Shown in pieces: positions 10,264 through 18,122 of a DNA stretch of 47,578 nucleotides. The notes below the pieces were generated by a model. The model saw only the letters and a list, made by a program, of their open reading frames with translations, had not been told where the DNA came from and did not search any database. Origin of the DNA: a candidate division WOR-3 bacterium (lineage in GTDB: Bacteria > Hydrothermota > Hydrothermia > Hydrothermales > Hydrothermaceae). The stretch covers positions 1 to 47,578 of the forward strand of contig JBDRZD010000002.1 in assembly GCA_039803745.1 (NCBI GenBank), written 5' to 3'. The translations under genes and the position numbers were made by a program. Positions within the stretch are counted from its first letter, which is position 1, and every line of letters begins with the position of its first letter.

Positions 10264-11712
10264 TTAATATTCACCATAATCCTTTCTAAACTCTTCTGCG
10301 AGTTTTTTACCCCACTCATCTATTGGACTGAGTCTGCCTAAGAAAAATCTAAGAACAGGAGGTTCTGAAACAAATTTCAATCCTTTAATTAAATTTCTAT
10401 GTTCATAAAGCCATTTTATCCTGTCAATTGCATATTCAATATGGGATAGTGTATAAACTCTTCTTGGAAGAGCAATCCTTGTTAATTCTAAATCAGAAAA
10501 TACTTCATTTCCATCTTTATCTCTATCCATTGAAATTGTTCCTCTTTCCATTGACCTTATTCCTGAAACAATATAAAGGGCTGCTGCAAGAGCACCTGCA
10601 GGATATTCGCTTTGAGGAACATGGGGTAAAAACTTCATTGCATCTAAGTGGCATGCAAGTCCACCAGGAGGTGTAACAACAGGAATTCCAAGAGAATCAA
10701 GTTTTTCAACAAAATATTTTATCTGTTCTATAGCGCAACCAGCAACTGATTCATCAACCATCTCTCTCATTCCAACAACCATTGCACCAATTTCCCTCAT
10801 AGACATTCCACCATATGTAAAGAAACCTTCATATACAGGTAGCCATTCTTCCATCTTTTTAAATAGTGTCTCATTATTCGTTGCAATAAGTCCACCTCTT
10901 ACACAGGTATTCTTTCTTGCACTCATATAGAATATATCCGGTATACTGCATAATTCCTTTAATATTTCTGCTACACTTTTATTCTCATAACCTTTTTCTC
11001 TCTTTTTAATAAAATAAGCATTTTCACTTATAAGACTTCCATCTAGAACAAGGAGAATGCCATACTCATCACATAGTTTTCTGACTTCTTTGAAATTTTG
11101 CATTGAAAAAGGCTGCCCACCAAGTAAATTTGTTGTTGCTTCCATTCTTATATAGGCAATCTTTTCTTTTCCATATTTTTTAATAGCATTTTTAACTTTA
11201 TCGAGATCTAAATTACCTTTAAAAGGATAGGTACTTTTGGTATTCAATGCTTCATCTATATAAAGTTCAAGACATGTTCCCCCACCGGTTATTTCAATAT
11301 GTGCTTTTGTTGTTGTAAAATGATAATTTGTAATAACAAATTGTCCAGGTTTTATAAAAACTTTTGAAATCAAATGTTCTGCAGCCCTTCCCTGGTGAAC
11401 AGGTAAAACATGTTCATATCCAAGCACTTCTTTAACAGCGCTCTTAAGATCATAAAAGGTCATACTTCCTGCATAGGCATCATCAGTTGTAATAAAACCT
11501 GCAAATTGTTTATCACTCATTGCGTTAACTCCACTATCTGTAAGCATATCAAGAAATATATCTTCTGTTTTAAGTAAAAACGTATTATATCCTGCTTCTT
11601 CAATTGCCTTCAATCTCCTTGATAAAGGCTTAAGTTCTATTTTTTGGAGCATCCTTATTTTATACATCTCAACAGGAATTTCTCTTCCATCATATAATTT
11701 TACAAGCATCAT
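10264..11712 (-). CDS. beta-eliminating lyase (tryptophanase / tyrosine phenol-lyase family)
   Basis: 482 aa. EEAGYNTFLL, LTDSGVNAMSDKQ, a PLP-Lys context SARKN and RRVYT are collinear with TnaA/TPL. Substrate cannot be assigned by eye. Confidence 0.85.
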   Translation of the reverse strand: MMLVKLYDGREIPVEMYKIRMLQKIELKPLSRRLKAIEEAGYNTFLLKTEDIFLDMLTDSGVNAMSDKQFAGFITTDDAYAGSMTFYDLKSAVKEVLGYEHVLPVHQGRAAEHLISKVFIKPGQFVITNYHFTTTKAHIEITGGGTCLELYIDEALNTKSTYPFKGNLDLDKVKNAIKKYGKEKIAYIRMEATTNLLGGQPFSMQNFKEVRKLCDEYGILLVLDGSLISENAYFIKKREKGYENKSVAEILKELCSIPDIFYMSARKNTCVRGGLIATNNETLFKKMEEWLPVYEGFFTYGGMSMREIGAMVVGMREMVDESVAGCAIEQIKYFVEKLDSLGIPVVTPPGGLACHLDAMKFLPHVPQSEYPAGALAAALYIVSGIRSMERGTISMDRDKDGNEVFSDLELTRIALPRRVYTLSHIEYAIDRIKWLYEHRNLIKGLKFVSEPPVLRFFLGRLSPIDEWGKKLAEEFRKDYGEY

Positions 11713-12014
11713 TTCCTCCTTTTTAAAATTTCTTTAAATTTTTCTTCAACCTCTTTAAAAAGTTCTTCCACTGCTTCATAAAATATCTCTATCCCCTTTT
11801 CTCCTTTCAAATTAAAAATACCTCTTCCTCCTTCTTCTAAATCAACATAAATTAAAAAACCCTCCTCCTCTTTTGCAAATTCAACAATTCTTCTATCCAT
11901 TTGTGTCTCTATATCCATTCTTTTGGAAAAGCCCTTTTCAATAGAAATTTTTTCAATTTTTTCTATTATTTTTTCAATAAAAAATAAATCCCATTCCAAT
12001 TTTATCTCTTCCAT
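11709..12014 (-). CDS. hypothetical small acidic protein
   Basis: 101 aa, Glu/Lys-rich, no recognised motifs. Overlaps the upstream antiporter by 13 nt and the downstream lyase by 4 nt. Confidence 0.4.
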   Translation of the reverse strand: MEEIKLEWDLFFIEKIIEKIEKISIEKGFSKRMDIETQMDRRIVEFAKEEEGFLIYVDLEEGGRGIFNLKGEKGIEIFYEAVEELFKEVEEKFKEILKRRK

Positions 12015-13264
12015 TTTCTTATACCTTCCTTTTCAATTTTAAATAAATAAACAAGACAAACAGGAGCTAAAAGTGTTGTAATTGCTGTCATCATTACAGC
12101 AACCCCATACATATCTCTTTCTATTGCACCCTGTGCAATTGCAATACTTGCAATAATAAGGGCAACCTCGCCTCTCGGAAGCATACCAAAACCAATTCTT
12201 GCACCTCCCAAAATATTAAAACCGGGTATTAAAGCAGTTAAGCCACAGCCAAAAACTTTTCCTATAATTGCAGCAATTGATATTACACCACCGAATAAAA
12301 GAACTGGAATCATACTTTTAATATCAACCATCATTCCCATTATTACAAAAAATAATGGAACAAGAAAATGATAAACACCCTTAAGAGATTCAATGAGTTC
12401 ATGTTTTATCTCTGTTTGTGAAAATGCAAGTCCTATGGCATATGCACCTATTATCATTGCGAGTCCAAAATATTCAGCAATAGAAGCCCCGAGAAAACAT
12501 AAAAAAAGAGAGAAAGCAATTCTTGCTCCATCTGTTTTAAACTTCTTTAAGATTTTAACAAAAGGCTTTGAGATTAAAATCCCAATTATAAGAATTAACA
12601 GCCATATTCCCAATGCTTTTAAAGCAATAAAGAATATTGAAGCTGCACTCACACTACCCGATTTTATAATTCCTATAACAATTGTTAAAACAAGAATTCC
12701 AAGAACATCATCAATAACTGCTGAAGCAAGTATTGTTACACCTTCAGGTGTATTAAGTTTTCCAAGATCGGAAAGTATCCTTGCAGTTATTCCAACAGAA
12801 GTAGCAGTCAATACTGCTCCCATAAAAAGTGCAGTTGGAGAAAGGAAATTATCAGCAAAACCAAATATAACTGTAAGAACATTTCCAAAAATAAATGGTA
12901 AAATAACACCTGCTGATGCTACTAAGAATGAAGGACCTGCAAATTTCAAAAATAATGAAAAATCTGTTTCAAGACCTGATATAAAAAGTAAAATTATTAC
13001 TGCTATTTGACCAATTGCATAAAGTTCATTTGAAACAGGAATGTTTGAATGAGGAATATTAGGAAAAAGATGACCAATCTTAGGGATAGATATATAATTA
13101 CCTAACAAATAAGGACCTATTATTATTCCTGCAATTAGTTCACCAAGAACAGGAGGCTGTTTTAAAAATCTTTCAAAGATCTCAGCAAATATTTTTGCTA
13201 CAAATAAAATAAAAGCAATTTGAATTACAAGGTGGAGAACAATTTCAACAATATTATTTTCCAT
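12002..13264 (-). CDS. cation:proton antiporter (CPA2/Kef-like Na+/H+ exchanger family)
   Basis: About 12-13 TM helices, with VLGELIAGIIIGP near the N-terminus typical of this family. ATG at 13264 (MENNIVEIV...) is preferred over the ORF-track TTG at 13306. Confidence 0.8.
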   Translation of the reverse strand: MENNIVEIVLHLVIQIAFILFVAKIFAEIFERFLKQPPVLGELIAGIIIGPYLLGNYISIPKIGHLFPNIPHSNIPVSNELYAIGQIAVIILLFISGLETDFSLFLKFAGPSFLVASAGVILPFIFGNVLTVIFGFADNFLSPTALFMGAVLTATSVGITARILSDLGKLNTPEGVTILASAVIDDVLGILVLTIVIGIIKSGSVSAASIFFIALKALGIWLLILIIGILISKPFVKILKKFKTDGARIAFSLFLCFLGASIAEYFGLAMIIGAYAIGLAFSQTEIKHELIESLKGVYHFLVPLFFVIMGMMVDIKSMIPVLLFGGVISIAAIIGKVFGCGLTALIPGFNILGGARIGFGMLPRGEVALIIASIAIAQGAIERDMYGVAVMMTAITTLLAPVCLVYLFKIEKEGIRKWKR

Positions 13265-13312
13265 TAAAGAAAAAAAATTATAAAGAATAACAAAAGATAA
13301 TATCAAATCATG

Positions 13313-13342
13313 TTGAAAAAAATTTATGAAATAAATTATAAT
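13313..13342 (+). promoter_or_regulatory. putative sigma70-type promoter (TTGAAA-18 nt-TATAAT), -10 box 6 nt upstream of ATG 13349
   Basis: TTGAAA at 13313-13318 and TATAAT at 13337-13342. No SD before the ATG at 13349. Motif match only. Confidence 0.4.
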
Positions 13343-13348
13343 AATACT

Positions 13349-14179
13349 ATGGAAAAACTTTTATTTGGAACTGCTGGAATTCCTATTTCAACAAAGAAAA
13401 AAACAACAGAGGCAGGAATTGAAAGAATTTACAAATTAAAACTTGACTCCATGGAGATAGAATTTGTAAAAGGAGTTAAGATGTCAAAAGAAAAAGCAAA
13501 AATTGTTAAAGAAACAGCAGAAAAATTTAATGTAAAATTAACAGTTCATGCTCCTTACTGGATAAATTTAAATTCAAGTGATAAAAAAATTTTAAAAAAT
13601 TCAAAAAAACATATAATAGATTCAGCAATTATAGGAAGTATTTGTGGTGCAAAAGATATTTGCTTTCATCCTGCCTATTATCATGATGAAGAACCAAAGA
13701 AAGTTTATGAAAAGGTAAAAAAGGAAATAATTTCTATTAGAAAAGAGATTGAAAAATTAAAAATTGATGTAATCTTAAGACCTGAAACAATGGGAAAACC
13801 AACACAATTTGGCTCCCTTGAAGAACTTCTTTCTCTTTCTCAGGAAATAGAAGGGGTTGAACCAACAATTGATTTTGCCCATTTATATGCAAGAAGTTTA
13901 GGAGAGATAAATAATTATGAAAAATTTTGCGAAATCCTTGAAAAATATAAAAAAAGTCTGGGAGAGAAGGCACTTGAAAGAATGCAAATACATATTTCAG
14001 GAATGAAATATGGTGAAAAAGGTGAAATTGAACATTTAACTTTTAAAAAAAGTAAATTTAATTATAAAGATTGTATTAAAGCCTTAAGAGATTACAAAGT
14101 TAAAGGATTTTTAATATGTGAAAGCCCCACTCTTGAAAAGGACGCGATTTTAATCAAAAAAATATATGAAAGTTTATAA
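13349..14179 (+). CDS. endonuclease IV-like TIM-barrel protein (AP endonuclease family 2)
   Basis: FGTAGIP at the N-terminus and HAPYWINLNS (compare the Nfo H-x-x-Y-L-INL motif). Internal ATG 13349 is preferred over 13310 because it follows TATAAT-N6 and gives the family-typical N-terminus. Confidence 0.7.
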   Translation: MEKLLFGTAGIPISTKKKTTEAGIERIYKLKLDSMEIEFVKGVKMSKEKAKIVKETAEKFNVKLTVHAPYWINLNSSDKKILKNSKKHIIDSAIIGSICGAKDICFHPAYYHDEEPKKVYEKVKKEIISIRKEIEKLKIDVILRPETMGKPTQFGSLEELLSLSQEIEGVEPTIDFAHLYARSLGEINNYEKFCEILEKYKKSLGEKALERMQIHISGMKYGEKGEIEHLTFKKSKFNYKDCIKALRDYKVKGFLICESPTLEKDAILIKKIYESL

Positions 14180-14797
14180 TTACCATAAATAAGTTAAATC
14201 TTTTCTTTTATAATTAGTCAAATAAAAGGTTTTATTTATTTCTTCAATGACTTTACCTTTTTGATCAAAAACTTTTACATAAAAAGTATGGAAACCGGGG
14301 TCTGCTTCAAGACTTTCTGCAGAATAAAAAGCAATATCTTCATGTACTCTCACATAAGGAGTAATATTTTGAGTATCTATATAAGCAATAAAAGGTTTAT
14401 TTTTCGGAATTTTAAAATAAAAATAAAGTTCCTCAGGAATCAGGATTTGAAATTCTTCAGGATATAAAATTATAACTTTCACTTTTTGATAATTATAAAT
14501 AAAAATTGAAGAAAATAATAAAATTAAAACAGAAACAGGTGCAAGAATAAATGAAAAATTTTTAATATTTTTCTTTAACTTTTTATATTTTTCTATTCTG
14601 CAAAATAAATTTTCTTCTATTTCTAATGGTTCTGTAATCTCATGTTTTAAATTTTTAAGGACTTCAAGTGTTTTATTTATTTTCTCAGTTTCCTTTAAGC
14701 ATTCCTTGCAATTTTCAATATGCTTTAAAATATCTTCAGGTATTTTTTTACCCTCTGAATAATCCCATAAAAACTCCCTGTATTTTTCACATTCCAT
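14180..14797 (-). CDS. putative anti-sigma factor (zf-HC2, single TM, beta-rich extracytoplasmic domain)
   Basis: N-terminal CEKYREFLWDY...HIENCKECL resembles a zf-HC2 motif. One TM helix (FSFILAPVSVLILLFSSIFIY). Lies directly downstream of and overlaps the ECF sigma gene. Confidence 0.55.
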   Translation of the reverse strand: MECEKYREFLWDYSEGKKIPEDILKHIENCKECLKETEKINKTLEVLKNLKHEITEPLEIEENLFCRIEKYKKLKKNIKNFSFILAPVSVLILLFSSIFIYNYQKVKVIILYPEEFQILIPEELYFYFKIPKNKPFIAYIDTQNITPYVRVHEDIAFYSAESLEADPGFHTFYVKVFDQKGKVIEEINKTFYLTNYKRKDLTYLW

Positions 14798-15296
14798 AGA
14801 ATCCCCTCTTTTCAAGATAATTTTTTATAAATTCTCTTCCTCTAAAAAGTCTTGATTTTACTGTTCCTTCTGGAATTCCGAGAATTTCAGAAATTTCTTT
14901 AATTCCATATTCTTCATAATAATAAAGTAAAATTACTTCTTTAAACTCCTGTGGCATTTTTTTTAAAACTTCATATAAAATTAAAGGTGGTTTTGATGGG
15001 GGATCATAACCAGGGTGAATTTCTTCTGGAATTTTTTCAAAAGAAAAAAATTTTTTAAATTTTTGCCTTCTCAAATAAGTCCTCAAAGTATTGATTGCGA
15101 TCCTGTATACCCATGTATAATGAGATGATTCTCCTTTAAATTTTGGCAAACCTTTATAAACTTTAAGAAATACATCCTGAAGGAGATCCCTTGCTTCTTC
15201 TTTATCTCCAATTGAATAGTAAAAGAAATTAAGTATTTTTTTTGAATAAGTATTCATTAATTCCTTAAGTATTTCTCTTCTTTTATTTTCATCCAT
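14787..15296 (-). CDS. ECF (sigma-70 family group 4) RNA polymerase sigma factor
   Basis: 169 aa. Region 2 DLLQDVFLKVYKGLPKF...WVYRIAINTLRTYLRR and region 4 YGIKEISEILGIPEGTVKSRLFRGRE. Confidence 0.85.
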   Translation of the reverse strand: MDENKRREILKELMNTYSKKILNFFYYSIGDKEEARDLLQDVFLKVYKGLPKFKGESSHYTWVYRIAINTLRTYLRRQKFKKFFSFEKIPEEIHPGYDPPSKPPLILYEVLKKMPQEFKEVILLYYYEEYGIKEISEILGIPEGTVKSRLFRGREFIKNYLEKRGFYGM

Positions 15297-15757
15297 TAAT
15301 CTTTAAAACGTCTTTTTATCCTTTCTCTTAAAAAAGGTCTCTGAGAAACAATTTCCTTAAATTTTTCCCACTGCTCTTCTGTAAGAACTTCCTTTATCTG
15401 GAAAAATTTTCTCATTTTTAAAATTCTTAAATCAGTATTTAATTCTCCGATTTCCTTTATTTTATTTTCAACTGTTTTTATATCGGGTTTTTTCTCAAAT
15501 AAAATTTTTCTAAGTTCAATTTCCTTAATTCTTATTTTACTTTTAATCTCCTCAGCAGCTTTTTCATTGCTAAAATGTATATCTTTTATTTTTTCTTTTT
15601 GTTCTTCACTTAGTGAAAGTTCTTCTAATACAGATGGATCCTTTAGTAAAATAATAAATGGAAGATGATACTCTTCTCTGGCATATTCTTTCCCATACAG
15701 CATTTTAGATGAGAATAAAATTAATCCCATTATTATTATTTTATATACTCTTCTCAT
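15296..15757 (-). CDS. periplasmic Spy/CpxP-like (LTXXQ motif) protein
   Basis: 153 aa. Signal peptide, LSEEQKEKIK and LTEEQWEKFK motifs, helical Lys/Glu-rich sequence. Strong SD AAGGAGGTGA upstream. Confidence 0.6.
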   Translation of the reverse strand: MRRVYKIIIMGLILFSSKMLYGKEYAREEYHLPFIILLKDPSVLEELSLSEEQKEKIKDIHFSNEKAAEEIKSKIRIKEIELRKILFEKKPDIKTVENKIKEIGELNTDLRILKMRKFFQIKEVLTEEQWEKFKEIVSQRPFLRERIKRRFKD

Positions 15758-15811
15758 TTTCTCACCTCCTTTTTATCAACATTTTAGACTCGCCTATTTA
15801 TTAATTGGTTT

Positions 15812-16438
15812 CTAATATAAAAATGCATAAAGCACTATGTTTATTCCCATTCTTATTGCTTCCTCTTGTTTCTCTGGAGGATCATTATATGCATCTGTCC
15901 ATCCATCAGAAATATTTGAATTATAAGTATAAAAAATTACAAGTCTTCCTTCATAAAATATACCAAGTCCTTCAGGGGGACCTGGATAATGTTCATGAAT
16001 TTTTGGTGGACCACTTTCAAAATCATAAAAGAGATGATATATAGGATGGTCATAGGGAACATGAATCAATTCTTTTTCCGGGAATATCTTTTTTATTTCT
16101 TTCCTTATATACTCATCCATCCCATAATCATCATCTATGTAAAGGAAACCGCCTCTTATAAGATATTCTCTTAAGTTTTTTGCCTCAACAGGAGAAAAAT
16201 CAACCATTCCATGTCCTGTTAAAAAAATAAAAGGATAATTAAATATTCTTTTATCTGATAACTCTATAATATCTTGAATAGGCTCTATCTTTAATTCTGT
16301 TCTTTTAGAAATCTCTCTTGCAAGATTCGGTAAAATTTCAGGGTCATTATACCAGTCTCCTCCTGAATACTTAACCCTTGCAAGTCTAAAATTTAAAAAT
16401 AAAACAAAAATTAAGAAGATAAATCTTTTATTATCCAT
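15812..16438 (-). CDS. DUF4159 domain protein
   Basis: 208 aa. ARVKYSGGDWYNDPEILPNL...PFIFLTGHG...GGFLYIDDDYG...DHPIYHLFYDF...ISDGWTD is collinear with the DUF4159 pattern. Confidence 0.75.
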   Translation of the reverse strand: MDNKRFIFLIFVLFLNFRLARVKYSGGDWYNDPEILPNLAREISKRTELKIEPIQDIIELSDKRIFNYPFIFLTGHGMVDFSPVEAKNLREYLIRGGFLYIDDDYGMDEYIRKEIKKIFPEKELIHVPYDHPIYHLFYDFESGPPKIHEHYPGPPEGLGIFYEGRLVIFYTYNSNISDGWTDAYNDPPEKQEEAIRMGINIVLYAFLY

Positions 16439-16926
16439 AAAACTGCCTCTTTAAAGTTTTTTGCAATAAAATCAGGTTTAACATTGATTTTATCTGAAAC
16501 AGAAACACTTTTTATCCCTATGTTCTTTGCAAGTAAAATATCTTCATCTTTATCTCCTATTAGATAGGATTTTTTTAAATCAATTTTATATTTTTTAAGA
16601 AGAACTTCAATAAGACCTGTTTTTGGTTTTCTACAATTGCAATTTTCTTCTGGAAGATGCGGGCAATAAACAATATCTTTTATTTTTATACCTTTCTTTT
16701 TTAAAATATTTTTGATCCTTTTATGAATTTTTTCAAGTTCTTTTAATTTTATAAGTCCTCTTGAAATACCTGATTGGTTTGTAACAATAAAGAGAGTAAA
16801 ACCATTAGAAATTAAAATTTTTAAACTTTCAATAACATAAGGCAAAAACTCAATCTTTTCAGGATCATTCAAATAAGGAACATTTTTTATTATTGTTCCA
16901 TCCCTATCCAAAAAGATTGCTTTCAT
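16411..16926 (-). CDS. gmhB: HAD-IIIA phosphatase, D,D-heptose 1,7-bisphosphate phosphatase-like
   Basis: 171 aa. FLDRDGTI, VTNQSGI, CxH...CNCRKPKTGL zinc/HAD motifs and GDKDEDI. Confidence 0.75.
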   Translation of the reverse strand: MKAIFLDRDGTIIKNVPYLNDPEKIEFLPYVIESLKILISNGFTLFIVTNQSGISRGLIKLKELEKIHKRIKNILKKKGIKIKDIVYCPHLPEENCNCRKPKTGLIEVLLKKYKIDLKKSYLIGDKDEDILLAKNIGIKSVSVSDKINVKPDFIAKNFKEAVLWIIKDLSS

Positions 16927-17491
16927 TTTGAATTATAAATCTTTTAAATTCCTTTAACGCCTTTCCCCTATGACTTAATTTATTTTTAATATACACAGGT
17001 AATTCAGCAAAAGTTCTGCCAAGTTGTGGATATAAAAAAACTGGATCATAACCAAATCCATACTCTCCTCTTTCTTCAAAACTTATAAATCCTTCAACCT
17101 CTCCTTTAAAAACAAAAAATTTTTCTTTTGATAAAAAAAGAACTATAATGCACACAAATTTTGCCTTTCTTTTATAAAAAGGAACATCTTTTAAAAGTTC
17201 AAGAAGTTTTTTTCTATTTCCTTTATCGTCTCCTTCCTCAGAGAATCTATTAGAAAAAATACCGGGCATCCCATAAAGATAATCCACTACAAGACCTGAA
17301 TCTTCACCAATAGAGGGAATTCTCCTTTCTTCAAACCCTGCTTTTGCTTTTAAATAAGCATTTTCAAAAAAAGTTAAACCTTCTTCTTCAATTTTTTTAT
17401 CAAAAAGTACAAATTTAATATTTAAGTCCTTAAAAAAATTTTTAAATTCCTTTAATTTCCCTTTATTTTTTGAAACAAAAATAAATTCCAA
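16904..17491 (-). CDS. rdgB: non-canonical purine NTP pyrophosphatase (RdgB/HAM1)
   Basis: 195 aa. VSKNKGKLKEF, EDSGLVVDYLYGMPGIFSNRF, GFGYDPVF and KLSHRGKA motifs. The ORF-track start is TTG. Confidence 0.85.
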   Translation of the reverse strand: MEFIFVSKNKGKLKEFKNFFKDLNIKFVLFDKKIEEEGLTFFENAYLKAKAGFEERRIPSIGEDSGLVVDYLYGMPGIFSNRFSEEGDDKGNRKKLLELLKDVPFYKRKAKFVCIIVLFLSKEKFFVFKGEVEGFISFEERGEYGFGYDPVFLYPQLGRTFAELPVYIKNKLSHRGKALKEFKRFIIQNESNLFG

Positions 17492-17497
17492 AAATTT

Positions 17498-17974
17498 TTA
17501 TTTTGGTGTTATTTGACTTTCAACAATGAATGCATCAAAATATCCAAGGGATTTTGCTTTTGCCCTGAATGCCTCTGCTTCTTCCCTTGTAATAAAATCA
17601 CCGATTCTCACTTTATAATAAGGAGGAATAAATTCAACATAAACTTTTTGATTTGGGAATCTTGCCTGAGCCTCTTTTGCAAACATATCAGCCTTTTCTT
17701 TATTTGAAGTTGCAAGAATCTGGACCCTATATCCATAAGTTACAGAGGGAGGAGGTGTAACTTCTTTTGTAGGAGTTGTTGGAGCAGGAGTTGCTTCTTC
17801 AAAACTTACTTCTCCTTCTTCAACTATAGGTGCTTCTTCAGCAGGTTTTGCTGCTTCCTCCTCTCCAACCACTATTATTTCCTCTTCTGCCGGTTTTGCA
17901 GCAGGTTGGGTAGGTCTTGGTGCGCACGCCCATATTATAAATATACCTAATATTACACCACTAAATTTTTTCAT
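17498..17974 (-). CDS. SPOR-domain lipoprotein
   Basis: ATG 17974 sits 7 nt after GGAGG (17986-17982). Signal peptide with lipobox IIWAC. Pro/Ala/Glu-rich linker with duplicated AAKPAEE. C-terminal YRVQILATS...YKVRIGDF...EAEAF fits the SPOR pattern. The TTG start at 17992 would encode the SD itself. Confidence 0.75.
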   Translation of the reverse strand: MKKFSGVILGIFIIWACAPRPTQPAAKPAEEEIIVVGEEEAAKPAEEAPIVEEGEVSFEEATPAPTTPTKEVTPPPSVTYGYRVQILATSNKEKADMFAKEAQARFPNQKVYVEFIPPYYKVRIGDFITREEAEAFRAKAKSLGYFDAFIVESQITPK

Positions 17975-18007
17975 AAAATTACCTCCTTCCAAAAATTTAA
18001 AAAAATA

Positions 18008-18036
18008 ATTTTAAAGTTTTTTATTAAAAAAGTCAA
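18008..18036 (-). promoter_or_regulatory. putative promoter for the minus-strand SPOR-rdgB-gmhB operon (TTGACT-17-TAAAAT)
   Basis: On the minus strand, TTGACT is at 18036-18031 and TAAAAT at 18013-18008. Motif match only. Confidence 0.35.
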
Positions 18037-18042
18037 TCAAAA

Positions 18043-18071
18043 TTGATTTTTAAAAACAAAAAAATTATAAT
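18043..18071 (+). promoter_or_regulatory. putative promoter for the prolyl oligopeptidase gene (TTGATT-17-TATAAT)
   Basis: TTGATT at 18043-18048 and TATAAT at 18066-18071. The -10 box ends 6 nt before ATG 18078. Confidence 0.4.
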
Positions 18072-18122
18072 TAAATTATGAAAATTCTGTTAATTTTTTT
18101 AATTTTAAAAGGAGTATTTAAA

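Noticed and set aside
12393-13010. 205-aa + strand ORF lying entirely inside the antiporter gene
   Set aside because: It is an antisense shadow ORF of a well-supported membrane-protein gene. Its sequence is low-complexity (Ile/Ser/Pro/Lys-rich) with no motifs and no SD. The antiporter reading on the minus strand explains the open frame.
17975-17992. Longer ORF-track starts using TTG or GTG (17992 SPOR, 13306 antiporter, 40575 cobO, 24473 BNR, 27437 desulfhydrase-like, 13310 endonuclease IV-like)
   Set aside because: In each case an internal ATG has a better start signal and yields a family-typical N-terminus or signal peptide. The signal is a GGAGG SD at 17986-17982 for SPOR, a TATAAT-like -10 box 6-7 nt upstream for four others, and no comparable element for the antiporter, whose nearest TATAAT lies 13 nt upstream. 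The extensions would encode the SD or promoter itself.
18031-18048. Imperfect palindrome AGTCAATCAAAATTGATT in the divergent SPOR/POP intergenic region, as a possible operator
   Set aside because: The two arms coincide with back-to-back -35 hexamers (TTGACT on the minus strand, TTGATT on the plus strand), each correctly spaced (17 nt) from a -10 box. The symmetry is explained by the divergent promoters, although a regulator site cannot be fully excluded.
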